From NCBI RefSeq assembly GCF_009914755.1, contig NC_060937.1: a DNA stretch of 64,000 bases; one strand, 5' to 3'. Position 1 is the first letter of the stretch. Each line of letters begins with the position of its first letter. This DNA comes from the human T2T-CHM13v2.0 reference genome, Homo sapiens. Shown one piece after another: positions 50,170 to 64,000 of the stretch. Under the pieces are notes generated by a model, which had not been told where the DNA came from, did no database searches, and saw only the letters and a list, made by a program, of their open reading frames with translations. A program made the translations under genes and the position numbers.

Positions 50170-52114
50170 TTTTTTAAATTTCTTTTTAAAAAAGTCTATT
50201 CAACACAATATTGTGCATATTTATAGAATATATGGTGATGTTGCAATACATCTAATGCACAGTGAGCAGATTAGGGTAATTAGCATACCCATCATCTCAA
50301 ACATTGATCATTTCTTTGTGTTGGGAACAGTCAATATCCTCCCTCTAGCTATGTGAAACTATGTATTATTGTTAACTATAGTCATTCTACAATGCTATAG
50401 AATACTAGAACTTATTTCTCCTAACTAGCTGCAATTTTGTAGTTGTTGACAAATCTCTCCCTATTTTGTCGTTTCTCCTACCCTTCCCAGCCTCTAGTAG
50501 CCTCTATTCTACTTCTTAGTTCTGTGAGAGCAACTTTTTTTTTTACCTTCATCATATAAGTGAGAATGTGGTGTTTAACTTTTCTGTTCCCGACTTATTT
50601 CACTGAACATCCTCCAGTTTCATCCATGTTGCCACAAATACCAGAATTTCATTCTTTTTTATGATAAACTAGTATTCCATTGTGCCCATTGTGTATATAT
50701 ACCACACTGTCTTTATCATTAATCTGTTGTTGGACACCTAGGCTGATCTATGTCTTGGCTATGTGAATAGTGCTGCAATAAACATGGGGCTGCACATGTC
50801 TCTTTGATATACTGATTTTGTTTTCTTTGAATAAATGCCTAGTAGTGGGATTGTGGAACCATATGGTAGTACTATTTTCAGATTTTTGAAAAATCTCCAT
50901 ACTGTTTTTCATAGTAGCTATACTAGTTTACATTTACCAACTGTAGCAGAGGTCTATTTTCTCTACATCCTTGCCTGTATTTGTTATTTTTGTCTTTCAA
51001 ATTTTTCTGTATCTTTGATAATAAACAATTTAACTATGATACCTCATTGTGATTTTAATTTACATTTCCCTGATGATTAGTGATGTTGAGCATTATTCAT
51101 ATATTTTTCAGCCATTTGCACATCTTCTTTTGAGAAATGACTGCTCAGATCATTTGCAAATTTTTAAATTTTATTATTTGGCTATGGTTTTTTGTTGGTT
51201 TGTTTGTTGTTTGTTTTGCTATTGAGATGTTTGAGTTCCTTATATATTCTGGATATTAATCCCCTTTCAGATAAATACTTTAAAATATTTTTTTTCTTCT
51301 TGTATGTTGTCTTTTCTTTCTGTTGATTGTTTCCTTTGCAAAAAAATTTTAGTATGATATGTCATTTTTTTAATTGCTTTTGTTTCCTGTGCTTTTGAGG
51401 TCTTATTCATAAAATCTTTCCTCAGACAAATACCCTGAAGTATTTCCCCTGTGTTTTCCTTTAGTAGTTTTGTAGTTTCAGGTATTACGTTTAGGCCTTT
51501 GATTCATGTTGAGTTTATTTTGTATAAAATGAGAGGTGGAGGTCTAGTTACATACTTCTGCCTATGAATATCCAGTTTCTCAGAATGAGTTATTGAAAAG
51601 GATATGCTTGCCACAGTGTGTTCTTGGCACCTTTGTCAAAAATCAGCTGGCTATAAATGCTGGGATTTATTTCTGTTCCATTGGTCTATGTTTCTTTTTT
51701 ACGCCAGTATCATGCTGCTTCAGTTACTATAGCTTTGCAGTGTATTTTGAAGTATGGTAGTGTGATGATTCCAGCTTTGTTCTTTTTGTTCAGCATTGCT
51801 TTGACTATTTGGGAGCTTTCACAGCTCTATATGAATTTTAGGATATTTTTCCTATTCTGTAAAGAATTCCATTGGTATTTTCATAACAATTGTATTGAAT
51901 CTGCAGATTGTTTGGAGGTAGTTTGGTTATTTTAGCAATGTTGGTTCTTTTGGTCCATGAGCATTTGATGTTTTTCTATTTGTTTTTCCCTGCTTCAGTT
52001 TTTTAATCAATGTTCTGTAGTTTTCATTGCAGAGATCATTCACCTCCTGGTTAAATTGATTCCTAAGTATTCTATTTTTTGTAGTGATTATAACTAGGAT
52101 TGCCTTATTGGTTT
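50170..52114 (-). mobile_element. L1MA-type element, 3' portion (host of the L1PA)
   Basis: Antisense L1MA 3' UTR (ATTAGGGTAATTAGCATACCCATCATCTCAAACAT) and decayed ORF2; resumes at 56927. Confidence 0.82.
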
Positions 52115-55100
52115 CTTTTTTTATTATTATACTTTAAGTATTGGGACTCATGTGCAGATTGTGCAGGTTTGTTACATAGGTATACATGTGCCATGGTGGT
52201 TTGCTGCACCCATCAACCCATCATCTACATTAGGTATTTCTCCTAATGTTATCCCTCCCCTTTCCCCCCAACCCTGACAGGCCCCAATGTGTGATGTTCC
52301 CCTCCCTGTGCCCATATGTTCTCACTGTTAAACTCCCACTTATGAGTGAGAACATGCAGTGTTTGGTTTTCTGTTCCTGTGTTACTTTGCTGAGAATGAT
52401 GGTTTCCAGCTTCATCCATGTCCCTGCAAAGGACATAAGCTCATTGATTTTCATGGCTGCATAGTATTCCATGGCGTATATGTGCCACATTTTCTTTATC
52501 CAGTCTAACATTGATGGGTATTTTGGTTGGTTCCAAGTCTTTGCTATTGTGAATAGTGCTGCAATAAGCATACATGTGCATGTGTCTTTATAGTAGAATG
52601 AGTTATAATCATTTGGGTATATACCAAGTAATGGGATTGCTTTATCAAATGGTATTTCTATTTCTAGATACTTGAGGAATTGCCATACTGTCTTCCACAA
52701 TAGTTGAAGTAATTTACATTCCCACCAACAGTGTAAAAGCATTCCTATTTCTGCACATCTTCTCCAGCATCTGTTGTTTCCTGACTTTTTAATGATTGCC
52801 ATTCTAACTGGAATGAGATGGTACCTCATCATTGTTTTGATTTGCATTTATATAATGATCAGTGATGATGAGCTTTTTTATGTTTTTTGTCCACATAAAT
52901 GTCTTTTTTTGAGAAGCGTCTGTTGATATCCTTCACCCACTTTTTGATGGGGTTGTTTATTTTCTTATAAATTTGTTCAAGTTCCTTGTAGCTTCTGGAT
53001 ATTGGCCCTTTGTCAGATGGATAGATTGCAAAACTTTTCTCACAATCTCTAGGTTGCCTGTTCACTCTGATGATAGTTTCTTTTGCTGTGCAAAAGCTCT
53101 TTAGTTTAATTAGATCCCATTTGTCAATTTTGGCTTTTGTTGCTAATGCTTTTGGTGTTTTAGTCACGAAGTCTTTGCCGATGTGTATGCCCTGAATGGT
53201 ATTGCCTAGGTTTTCTTCTAGGGTTTTTATAATTTTAGTTTTAAATCTTAAGTCCATCTTGAGTTAATTTTTGTGTAATATATAAGGAAAAGGTCCAGTA
53301 TCAGTTTTCTGCATATGGCTAGACAGTTTTCCCAACACCATTTATTAAACAGGGAATCATTTCCCCATTGCCTGTTTTTGTCAAGTTTGTCAAAGATCAG
53401 ATGGTTGTTGACGTGTGGTGTTATTTCAGAGGTCTCTGTTCTGTCCCTTTGGTCCATATATCTGTTTTGGTACCAGTACTATGCTGTTTTGGTTACTGTA
53501 GGCTTGTAGTATAGTTTGAAGTCAGGTAGCACGATGCCTCCAGCTTTGTTCTTTTTGCTTAGGATTGTCTTGGCTATATGGGCTCCTTTTTGGTTCCTTA
53601 TGAAATGTATAGTAGTTTTTTTTAATTCTGTGAAGAAAGTCAATGATAGCTTGATGGGAATAGCATTGAATGCACAAATTACTTTGGGCAGTATGGCCAT
53701 TTTCACGATATTGATTCTTTCTATCCGTGAGAATGGAATGTTTTTCTGTTTGTTTGTGTCTTTTCTTATTTCCTTGAGCAGTGGTTTGTAGTTCTCCTTG
53801 AAGAGGCCCTTCACATTCCAGGTAACTTGTATTCCTAGATATTTTATTTTCTTTGTAGCAATTGTGAATGGAAGTTTGCTCAGGATTTGGCTTTTTGTTT
53901 GTCTATTATTGGTGTATAGGAATGCCTGTAATTTTTGCACATTGATTTTGTATCCTGAGACTTTGCTGAAGTTGCTTATCAGCTTAAGGAGTTTTTGGGC
54001 TGAGACTATGGGATTTTCTAAATATACAATCATGTCATCTGCAAACAGAGATAATTTGACTTCCTCTTTTCCTATTTGAATACCCTTTATTTCTTTCTCT
54101 TTCCTGATTGCCCTGGCCAGGACTTCCAATTCTGTGTTGAATTGGAGTGGTGAGAGAGGACATCCTTATTTTGTGCATGTTTTCAAAGGGAATGCTTCCA
54201 GCTTTTGCCCATTCAGTATGATATCGGCTGTGGGTTTGTCATAGATAGCTCTTATTGTTTTGAGAGACGTCCCATCAATACCTAATTTATTGAGAGCTTT
54301 TAGCATGAAGTGTTGTTGAATTTTATCAAAGGTCTTTCCTGCATCTATTGAGATAATCATGTGTTTTTTGTCTTTGGTTCTGTTTATGTGATGGGTTACA
54401 TTTATTGATTTGCGTATGTTGAACCAGCCTTGCATCTCAAGGATGAAGCCTACTTGATCTTGGTGGATAAGCTTTTTAATGTGCTCTGGATTCGTTTTGT
54501 CAGTATTTTATTGAGAATTTTCGCATCGATGTTCATCAGGGATATTGGCCTGAAATTTTCTTTTTTTGTTGTGTCTCTGCCAGGTTTTGGTATCAGGATA
54601 ATGCTGGCCTCATATAATGAGCTAGGGAGGAGTCCCTCTTTTTCTATTTTTTGGAATAGTTTCAGAAGGATAGGTACCAGCTCCTATTTGTACCTCTGGT
54701 AGAATTCTGCTGTGAATCCATCTGGTCCTTGGCTTTTTTTGGTTGGTAGGATTTTAATTACTGCTGCAATTTCAGAACCTGTTATTGGTCTATTCAGGGA
54801 TTCAACTTCTTCCTGGCTTAGACTTGGGAGGGTGTGTGTGTTCAGGAATTTATCCATTTATTCTAGATTTTCTAGTTTCTTTGCATAGAGGTGTTTATAG
54901 CATTCTCTGATGGTAGTTTGTATTTCTGTGGGGTCAGTGTGATCCCCCCTTTATCATTTTTTATTGTGCCTATTTGATTCTTTTTTCTTCTTTATTAGTC
55001 TGGCTAGCTGTCTATCTGTTTTGCTAATCTTTTCAAAAAACTAGCTCCTGGGTTCATTGTTTTTGAAGTGTTTTTCATGTCTCTATCTCCTTCAGTTCTG

Positions 55101-56926
55101 CACTGATCTTAGTTATTTCTCATCTTCTGCTAGCTTTTGAATTTGTTTCCTCTTGCTTCTCTAGTTCTTTTAATTCTGATGTTAGGGTGTCGATTTTTGA
55201 TATTTCCCACTTTCTCCTGTGGGCATTTAGTGCTATAAATTTCCCTCTAAACACTGCTTTATCTGTGTCCCAGAGATTCTGGTATGTTGTCTCTTTGTTC
55301 TCATTGGTTTCAAAGAATTTATGTATTTCTGCCTTAATTTTGTTATTTACCCAGTAGTCATTCAGGATCAGGTTGTTCTGTTTCCATGTAGTTGTGCGGT
55401 TTTGAGATAGTTTCTTAATCCTGAGTTCTAATTTGATTCCACTGTTATCTGAGAGACTGTTATGAAATCTGTTTTTTTTTTGCATTTGCTGAGGAATGTC
55501 TTACTACCAGTTAAGTGGTCAATTTTAGAATAAGTGCAGTGTGGTGCTAAGAAGAATGTATATTCTGTTGATTTGTGGTGGAGAGTTCTGTAAATGTCAA
55601 TTACATCCACCTGGTCCAGAGCTGAGTTCAAGTCCTGAATATCCTTTTTAATTTTCTGTCTTGTTGATCTGTCTAATATTGACAGTGGGATGTTAAAGTC
55701 TCTCACTATTATTGTGTGGGAGTCTAAGTCTCTTTATAGGTCTCTAAGTACTTGCTTTATGAATCTGGGTGCTCCTGTACTGGGTGTATATATATTTAGG
55801 AAAGTTAGCTCTTCTTATTGCACTGATCCCTTTTCCATTATGTAATGCCTTTTTTTTTTAATCTTTGTTGGTTTAAAGTCTGTTTTATCAGAGACTAGGA
55901 TTGCAACCCCCCTTTTTTTTTTGCTTTCCATTTGCTTGGTAAATCTTCCTCCATCCCTTTATTTTGTCTCATGCTGTGTTTTTCAGCTCCATCACGTCAT
56001 TTATGTTCTTATTTCTAAACTGGTTATTCTAGTTAGCAATTCCTCTAACCTTTTATCAAGGTTCATAGCTTCCTTCCATTGGGTTAGAACATGCTCCTTT
56101 CCCTCAGAGGAGTTTATTATTACCCACCTTCTGAAGCCTACTTCTGTCATTTCATTAAACTCATTCTCTGTCCAGTTTTGTTTCCTTGCTGGTGAGGAGT
56201 TGTGATCCCTTTGAAGAGAACGGGCATTCTGGTTTTGGGAATTTTCAGCCTTTTTGTGCTGGTTTTTCTTCATCTTCTTTGATTTATCTACCTTTGATCT
56301 TTGCTGTAAGTGAACTTTGGATGGAGTTTTTGTGTGGTCATCCTTTTTGTTGATGTTGGTGCTATTGCTTTCTGTTTGTTAGTTTTCCTTCTAACAGGCC
56401 CCTCTTCTGCAGGTCTGCTGGTATTTGCTGGGTGTCCACTCCAGACCCTATTTGCCTGGGTATCACCAGCGGAAGCTGCAGAACAGCAACGATTGCTGCC
56501 TGCTCCTTCCTCTGGAAGTTTTGTCCCAGAGGGTCACCTGTCAGATGCCAACCGGAGCTCTCCTGTATGAGTGTCTGTCAACCCCTGATTGGAGGGAATC
56601 TCCTGGTCTGTGGGTTGCAAAAACGGTGGGAAAAGTGTAGTATCTGGGCCCTGTCCTTTACGGCGCTGTCTTTCATGGCACTGTCCCTCACAGCTTCCCT
56701 TGGCTAGCGGAGGGACTTCCCCGACCCCTTATGCTTCCTGGGTTAGGCTACACCCCACCCTGCTTCTGCTCGTCCTCTGTGGGCTGCACTCACTGTCTAA
56801 CAGGTCCCAACCAGATGAACTGGGTACCTCACTTGGGAATGCAGAAATCACCTGCCTTCTGCATTGGTCTTGCTGGGAGCTGCAGACAGGAGCTGTTCCT
56901 ATTTGGCCATCCTGCCTGGGAATCCC
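52115..56926 (-). mobile_element. L1PA (about PA7/PA8) with both ends but internal deletions
   Basis: 5' end ..GATGGCCAAATAGGAACAGCTCC; ORF1 N-terminus at 56001-56273; ORF2 fragments including FADD; T-rich tail; TSD TGCCTTATTGGTTT at 52101-52114 and 56927-56940. Confidence 0.92.
52230..55966 (-). pseudogene. L1 ORF2 (EN/RT/C-terminal), frameshifted
   Basis: EN DFNIPLSILDRS..YSKIDH; [28 protein letters not shown] and IKYLGI; C-terminal RCWRRCAEIGMLLHCWWEC. Confidence 0.92.
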
Positions 56927-57965
56927 TGCCTTATTGGTTTATTTTTCAGCTAGTTTGTTGTTTATGTACAGAAACAGCACAGATATTTGTATGTTGGTTT
57001 TGTATTCTGAAACATTACTGAATTTATCAGTTTTGAGAGTTTTTTGGAAGAATATTTCCATTTTACTTTATAAAAGATCATGACATCTGTAAACAGGGAT
57101 GATTTGACTTCCTACTTTCCAATTTGGGTATATTTTATTTCTTTCTTTTACCTAATTGGTCCGGCTAGGACTTCCAGCACTAAGTTGAATGAGAGCGGTG
57201 AGAGTGGGCATCCTTGTCTTCTAGTCTGAAGAAGCTTTCAGGTTTCTCTATTCAGTATGATGTTAGCTGTGGGTTTGTCATGTATGGCCTTTATTGCGTT
57301 GAGATACTTTCTTTCTATCCCTAATTTATTGAGAGTTTGTTCATCATGCAGCAATGTTGAGTTTTATCAAATGCTTTTTCTGCATCTATTGAAATGATCA
57401 TATGATCTTTGTCTTTCATTCTGTTGATATGATATAACATGCTTGTTGATCCGTACATGTTGAACCATCCTTTCATTTCTAGGATAAATACAACTTGGTC
57501 ATGGTGTATTAACTTTTTGTTTTGTTGTTGGATTTGGTTTGCCAGTATTTTGCTAAGGATATTTGTATCTATATTCATTAGGGATATTGGCTTGTAGTTC
57601 TCCATTTTGTTGTGGCCTTTTCTGGTTTTGGTATTAGGATTATGCTAGCCTTGTAAAACAAGTTAAGAAAAATTCTTTCCACTTCAATTTATTAGGAATA
57701 GTTTTAAAAGTATTGTTATTAATTCCTTTTCAAAGGTTCAATAGAAATTGGAGGGGAATCCCTCCAGTCATGGACTTGGCTTTGTTGAGAGATTTTTATT
57801 ACTGATTCAATCTTGTAATATTTTATTGGTCTTTTCAGGTTTTCTCTTTCTCCTGGGTTCAATTACAGCAGGTTGTATGTGTGGGAATGTACTCATTTAA
57901 ACTCTAGGTTTAAAATTTATTGTCATATAGTTCTTCATAGTAGTCTCTAATTATTCTTTGTACTT

Positions 57966-58262
57966 TTTTTTTTTTTTTTGGTGGAGTCTCGCTCTGTCGC
58001 CCAGGCTAGAGTGCAGTGGCACAATCTCGGCTCACTGAAAGCTCTGCCTCCTGGGTTCAAGCCATTCTCCTGCCTCAGCGTCCTGAGTAGCTGGGATTCT
58101 AGGTGACTGCCACCACCCCCAGCTAATTTTTTGTGTGTGTTTTTAGTAGAGACGGGGTTTCACCGTGTTAGCCAGGATGGTCTCCATCTCCTGACCTTGT
58201 GATCTGCCTGCCTTGGCCTCCCAAAGTGCTGGGATTATAGACTTGAGCCACTGCGCCTGGCC
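57966..58262 (-). mobile_element. AluY/Sc element
   Basis: Antisense dimer; degenerate TSD TATT(C/T)TTTGTA. Confidence 0.92.
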
Positions 58263-58691
58263 TATTTTTTGTATTTTTAAGGTATCTGTTGTGATATATC
58301 TTTTTTGTTTCTGATTTTATTTATTTGTGTCTTCTCCCTTTTTTTTTCTTAGTTCATCTAGCTAATGTCTTGTCAAGTTTCAAACATCAAACATCTTTTC
58401 AAAAAACTACATGTTGTTTGATCTTTTGTACCTGTTTGGTCTCAATTCGATTTATTTCTGCTCAGATCTTTGTTATTTTTTTTTCTTCTACTAATTTTTG
58501 GCTTTGGCTTATTCTTGCATTTTTTGTTCCTTGAGGTACATCATTGGGTTGTTTATTTGAAATATCTCTAGGTTTTTTTTTTAATATAGGCATTTATTGC
58601 TATAAACATTCCCCTTAATACTGCTTTTCCTGTATTTGTCCCATAGGTTTTAGTACCTGTTCTTTCATTTGCATTTTTTTCAAGCAATTTT

Positions 58692-58799
58692 TTTGTTGTT
58701 TTTAAAACTGTTTGTAGAGACAAGGTCTCACTATGTTGTTCAGGTTGGTCTTAAACTCCTGGCCTCAAATGATTCTCCCACCTTGGCCTCCCAAATCAC
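58692..58799 (-). mobile_element. 5'-truncated Alu monomer (FLAM/AluJ-like)
   Basis: GTAGAGACAAGGTCTCACTATGTTG..CCTTGGCCTCCCAAA; TSD CAAGCAATTTT at 58681 and 58800. Confidence 0.8.
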
Positions 58800-58978
58800 C
58801 AAGCAATTTTAAAATTGTATTCTTAATCTCTTTCTTCACTTATAGCATATGTTACAAATAATCTGGATTCCTGAGAATCCATACAAGCTCAGCCCCTGGT
58901 ATCTACCTCTTGTTTTCTCTTGTATTTAAGGTTTTTTATTTAAGAGAATTTAGCTTAGAAATTTTACTCTTGGTTTCT

Positions 58979-59307
<329 letters not shown>

Positions 59308-60184
59308 TAAATGTAAATACAAAGTTTACACTTTTCTTAAATATTTTCTTACCCCTTGCCTTGAACTAAGGTTTTATCTCTGTTTTCTATTAAGGTCTTT
59401 TATCTATAAATTTTCTTGCACCAAACCATTGCACGCCACCCAAAAAATAAATATATCATTCTAGAACAATAAAGACCTCTAGGCTCAAGTGGGTAACGTG
59501 AATTTCGAAGAATCTTAAAATGAGTTTACTTCAATTTATTGGCCATTGACTTTGCCATAGGCAGTATATCAGTTAGGACATACTTGTCTTCAAGTAAAAT
59601 AAAACTTGAATTATATTAAGTCACAATGATATTTAATTTTTGCCTCTCAAAACTGGAAGAGTGTAGCACCAGAATTTATTTAGTTGCTTTATGGCATTAG
59701 AATTTTGTGTTGGCATCTCTGCAATTCATTTTGCTCTTTCTTCATTGTTAAAAGTTGTATGCAAATATCTAAATAGCACATGTTCATGTCATAGCATCCC
59801 AAATGGGGACAAAGAGAAAGCAACTCTCCCTGCAAGACAATTTTATCATAGGAGAATATTCCCCAAAATTCATGAAGAGACTTTGAAATTTTTTTGTTTG
59901 GCCAAAATTAGGTCACTCAGATACCCCTATCCAGTCATTGGAAAATAGTTTTATTACTATTGCTTTTAACAAGCATGATTTATACTCAAGACCTAGTATG
60001 TGAGTTCAGTGCTGTTTTGGGTCCACTCTTAAATATCAGAATTTAAATGAAGTTGGGTTTTCAATACTTCAGAAAAAAGGGGAATAGCTGTTATATGGAT
60101 AGCCAGTATTAGTCACTATAGACAACTCGTCCTACCTTTGGAAACTATCCACTTGAGGGCCTTTGCCGACTTCTCTAGAATAGT

Positions 60185-60683
60185 GTTTATTTATAAATAT
60201 TGTATGTATTTGAGGTTTACAACATAATGCCTTGATAATCTTGATGTACATATACACTGTGAAATGATTACTACAGTAAAGCTAGTTAACATTCGTCTCC
60301 TTACACAGTTGCTTTTTTTTATAGTGATAACATTTAGGATCTCCTCTCTTAGCAAATGTCAAGTATTACAATACAATATTATTAACTATAGTAACCTTGC
60401 TGTAAATTAGATCTCTAGAATTTACTCATCCTACATAACTGAAACTTTGTACCTTTTAACTAATATCTCCCCATTCTCCTCCCACTCCTGCATGCGTGCT
60501 TGATAACCACCATTCTACTGTGTGCTTCTATCATTTAGATATTTTTTTATATTCCAAATTTAAGTGAGTTTATGCAGTACTTTTCTTTTCTGTGTCTGAC
60601 TTATTTCATTTAGCATAGTGTTTTCCAGGTTAGCACATGTTGTGGCAAATAGCGAGATTTCATTCTTTTCTTTCTTTCTTTTC

Positions 60684-60716
<33 letters not shown>

Positions 60717-63700
60717 TGAGACGGAGTCTCACTCTTTCACCCAGGCCGGACTGCAGTGGCGCTATCTTCCACCTCCAGGGTTCACGCCATTCTCCTGCCT
60801 CAGCCTCCCGAGTAGCTGGGACTACAGGCGCCCGCCACTGCGCCCGGCTAATTTTTTGTATTTTAGTAGAGACGGGGTTTCACCGTGTTAGCCAAGATGG
60901 TCTCCATCTCCTGAACTCGTGATCCGCCCGCCTTGGCCTCCCAAGATTTCATTCTTTTTCAAGGCTGAATGATGGTGTATGTATATTTTTCCCCTAAAAT
61001 TTCTTTATACACTTATCTGTTGACAGACACTGGGGCATTTCGGTTGTTTCCATATCATAGCTATTGTGAATAATGCTGCAATGAACACGAATGTTCATAA
61101 ATCTCTTTGAGATACTGATTTTATTTTACTTTTTTAGCTATGTAACTAGAAGTGGGATTTCTGCATCATGTATAGTTTTTATGTTTAATTTTTTCAGGCA
61201 CTTCTATACTCTTTTTATAATGGCTGTAGCAATTTACAGAACCACCAACAGTCTACAAAGGTTGCCTTTTACCCACATCCTTGCCAGCACTTGTTTGCTT
61301 TTGTCCTTTTGATAATAGCCAACCTAACAGATGTGAGGGAATCTTTCATTGTAGTTTTGATTTGCATCTCCCTGATGAACAGGGATGCTGCACAGTTTTT
61401 CATATATCTGTTGGCTACTGTATGTCTTCTTAGGAAAATGTCCACTCAAGTCCTTTACCCATTTTTAATTAGATTTTTTTTTTCGCTATTGAGTTGTATG
61501 AGTTCCTCATAAATTTTGGACATTAACCCCTTATCAGGGGTTTGAAAATATCTTCTGCCAATCCATATGCTGCCTCTCTATTTTTATTTTTAACTCTGCA
61601 GAAGCTTTTTACTTTCATATGGCCACTTTTATTTTTGCTTTTGTCACCCATGCCTTAGGTGTCATATCTAAAAATTCATGGCCAAGAGCTTTTCACCTAT
61701 GTATTTGTTTAGGAGTTTTATGGTTTCAGATCTTACTTAGTTGTTTTTTTTTAATCCATTTTGAGTTAAAGTTTATGTATGATTAAGGTAACTAGTCCCA
61801 TGGGATATCTAGTTTTCCCATCACTATTTGTTGAAGAGATTATCCTTTACCATTATAGATTCCAGGAACCTTGGTTGAAGATTAGTTGGCCATATATACA
61901 TGGATTTATTTCTGGGCTCTCTATTCTCTTCCATTTGTCCATTTGTCTGTTTTTATTTCAGTGCCGTGCTATTTTGATTACTATAGATTTGTAACATAAT
62001 TTGAATTCAGGAAGTGTAACACCTCTAATTTCATTCTTCTTTCTCAAGATTCCTTTGGCTATTTTAGGTCTTCGTGATTTCATATGAATTTTGGGGTTTT
62101 ATTTTCTGTTTGCATAAAAATATCCCATTGGAATTCTGATAGGAATTACATTGAATCTATAGATTGTTTTGAGCAGTATGGACATTTTAACAATATTTGT
62201 TCTTCTAGTCCGTGAATATGTGATAACTTTCCACTTAGTTGTGTTGTTTTAAATTTCTTTCATCAATGTTTTAATAGTTTTCTGTGTACTTTTTTTTATT
62301 ATTTTGGTTACATTTGTTTCTATGTATTTTACTCCTTTTGATGCCATGTAAATGGTATTATTTTATTTCCTTTTTGGAAAGTTCACTATTGGTGTAAAGA
62401 AACACTACTGATTTTGTAGGTGAGTTTTGTGTTATCATAAAATCATTTAGTAGTTCTAACCATTTTTTAAAAATTGAGTCTTTGGGGTTTTATTCATGTA
62501 GGATCATGTCATCTGTACATAGATAATTTTGCTTCATTCTTTCCAACTTAGATGCTTTTTATTTATTTTTCTCATCTAATCACTCTGGTAAGAACTTCCA
62601 CTATTATGCTAAATAGAAGTGATGTGAAAATGGACATTCTTGCCTTTACTGGATCTCTGATGAAAATCTAAAAGCCACATTGATTATGTTACTTTTTTTT
62701 TCACAAATGGCTTTTATATGTTGAGGTAAATTCCTTCCATACTAATTATGTTTGTAACTTTTGATCACCTATAAATGTTGAACTTTGTCAAATACTTTTG
62801 TTTTTGCATCTACTAAGATAATCATGTAATGTTTAGCTTACATTCTGTTAATGCAGTGTATTATATTGATGAATTTGCACATGTTGCGCCAACAGTGCAT
62901 TCAGGGATATATCTCACTTGGTCATGGTGTATAATCTTTTAAATGTACTGTTGAAATTGGTTTGCTAGTATTTTACTGATGATTTTTGCATCTATATTCA
63001 CCACAGATATTACCCTGTAGTTTCTCTTTTCTTTTTGTTTTTCCTTGTGGTGTTTTTGTTTGCTTTGGTATCAGGATAATGCTGGCTTTATAAAATGAAT
63101 TTGAAGTGCTTCCTCTTATTCTGTTTTTCAGAAGAGTTTAAGATAGATTAGTATTAATTACTGCTTGAATGATTTGTAGAATATCCATGAAGACATTTTA
63201 TAAAGTCATTTAGTCCTAGGCTTGTCTTTATTGAGTGGTTTTGATTACTACTTTAATTTCATTGTTATTAGTGTGTTTACACTTTCTATTTCCTTTTTAT
63301 TCAGTCTTGATATGTTGTATGTTTCCAGAAATGTACTTAATTCTTTTCAATTTGTTGGTATATAATTTTTCCTTATGATTATTTTTATTTCTGAGTCATT
63401 CATTGTAATGTCTCATTTTTCATTTCTGATTTCATTGGAGCCTTCTTTCTTTTTAGTCCAGCTAATAATTTGTTAATTTTGTTTTTCTCTTCAAATAAAA
63501 AAAACTATTACTTTATTCATATTTTTTCTATTCTCTGCTTGTTTCTGCTCTGATAGTCATTACTTCTTCCCTTCTACTAAGTTTGGGCTTTGTTTGTTCT
63601 TTTTTTAGTTCCTTAGGGCATAAAGCTAGGTTGTTTATTTGAGATACTTTTTCTTTTTTAATGTAGAGTTTTATTGCTATGAACTTCCCTTTTAGTACAG

Positions 63701-63885
63701 CATTTGCTGTACCTTGCACATTTTAGTGTCTTGTGTTTTGGTTTTCATTTGTCTCAAGATAATTTTTAATTTCCTTTTGATTTTTTCTTTGGTCCAACAC
63801 TCATTCAAGAGTGTGTTCTTTATACATAGTTCTGAATTTTCCCATTTTCTTATTGTTATTGATTTTTAGTTTCATTTCATTGGTA
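60185..63885 (-). mobile_element. Old L1M (L1MA-late/L1MB-like) 3' UTR plus ORF2 remnant
   Basis: Antisense 3' UTR (ATTATTAACTATAGT..AGATCTCTAGAA); ORF 63528-63719 AVLKGKFIAIKLYIKK (ORF2). Confidence 0.82.
60670..60943 (-). mobile_element. AluY-lineage element, 5'-truncated
   Basis: CpG-rich; contains CCAGGCCGGACTGCAGTGGCGC; perfect 15-bp TSD AGATTTCATTCTTTT at 60655 and 60944. Confidence 0.92.
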
Positions 63886-64000
63886 AAAGTGCAGAGTTTT
63901 TATATGCAAGTGAAGTTAAATCATTATGAGGTTAAAATAGTATGTTATAACTATAAGATTTAATTTAATCCTTATGTTAACCACAAAAAGCCCTATAGGA

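Larger units (their letters stand above)
56927..58850 (-). mobile_element. L1MA-type element, continuation
   Basis: ORF 57321-57605 [33 protein letters not shown] (RT); continuous with 50170-52114 across the TSD. Confidence 0.85.

Noticed and set aside
52230-54129. L1 ORF2 pieces as an active L1
   Set aside because: Multiple frameshifts, with most of ORF1 and the EN start deleted.

Overview
Primate (human-like) genomic DNA, judged from Alu, L1PA and HERV content. No intact cellular protein-coding gene, RNA gene or CRISPR array is supported. Most of the window is decayed transposable elements, and the recognisable long ORFs are retroviral, L1, Tigger or Alu remnants. The main structure is a nested retroviral locus at about 24.1-47.1 kb. 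An LTR47-like/MER4-group element (tRNA-Glu PBS, +) is split by a HUERS-P3/MER52-type provirus (tRNA-Pro PBS, -, TSD ATAT). That provirus carries a MER4A solo LTR in pol, an Alu in its leader, and an integrase-less HERV9 provirus (tRNA-Arg PBS, +) inside its 5' LTR. Also present: a full-length Tigger1 with three nested inserts, a five-LTR pile at 14.5-18.9 kb, four co-oriented CCAAT-rich LTR12 copies, a candidate non-coding exon, a doubly deleted end-to-end L1PA, and a 40-nt poly(A)-tailed micro-insertion. Family names come from recalled consensus sequences, not a database search, so subfamily calls are tentative. I found no evidence for a new enzymatic system; the novelty candidates are architectural or regulatory.
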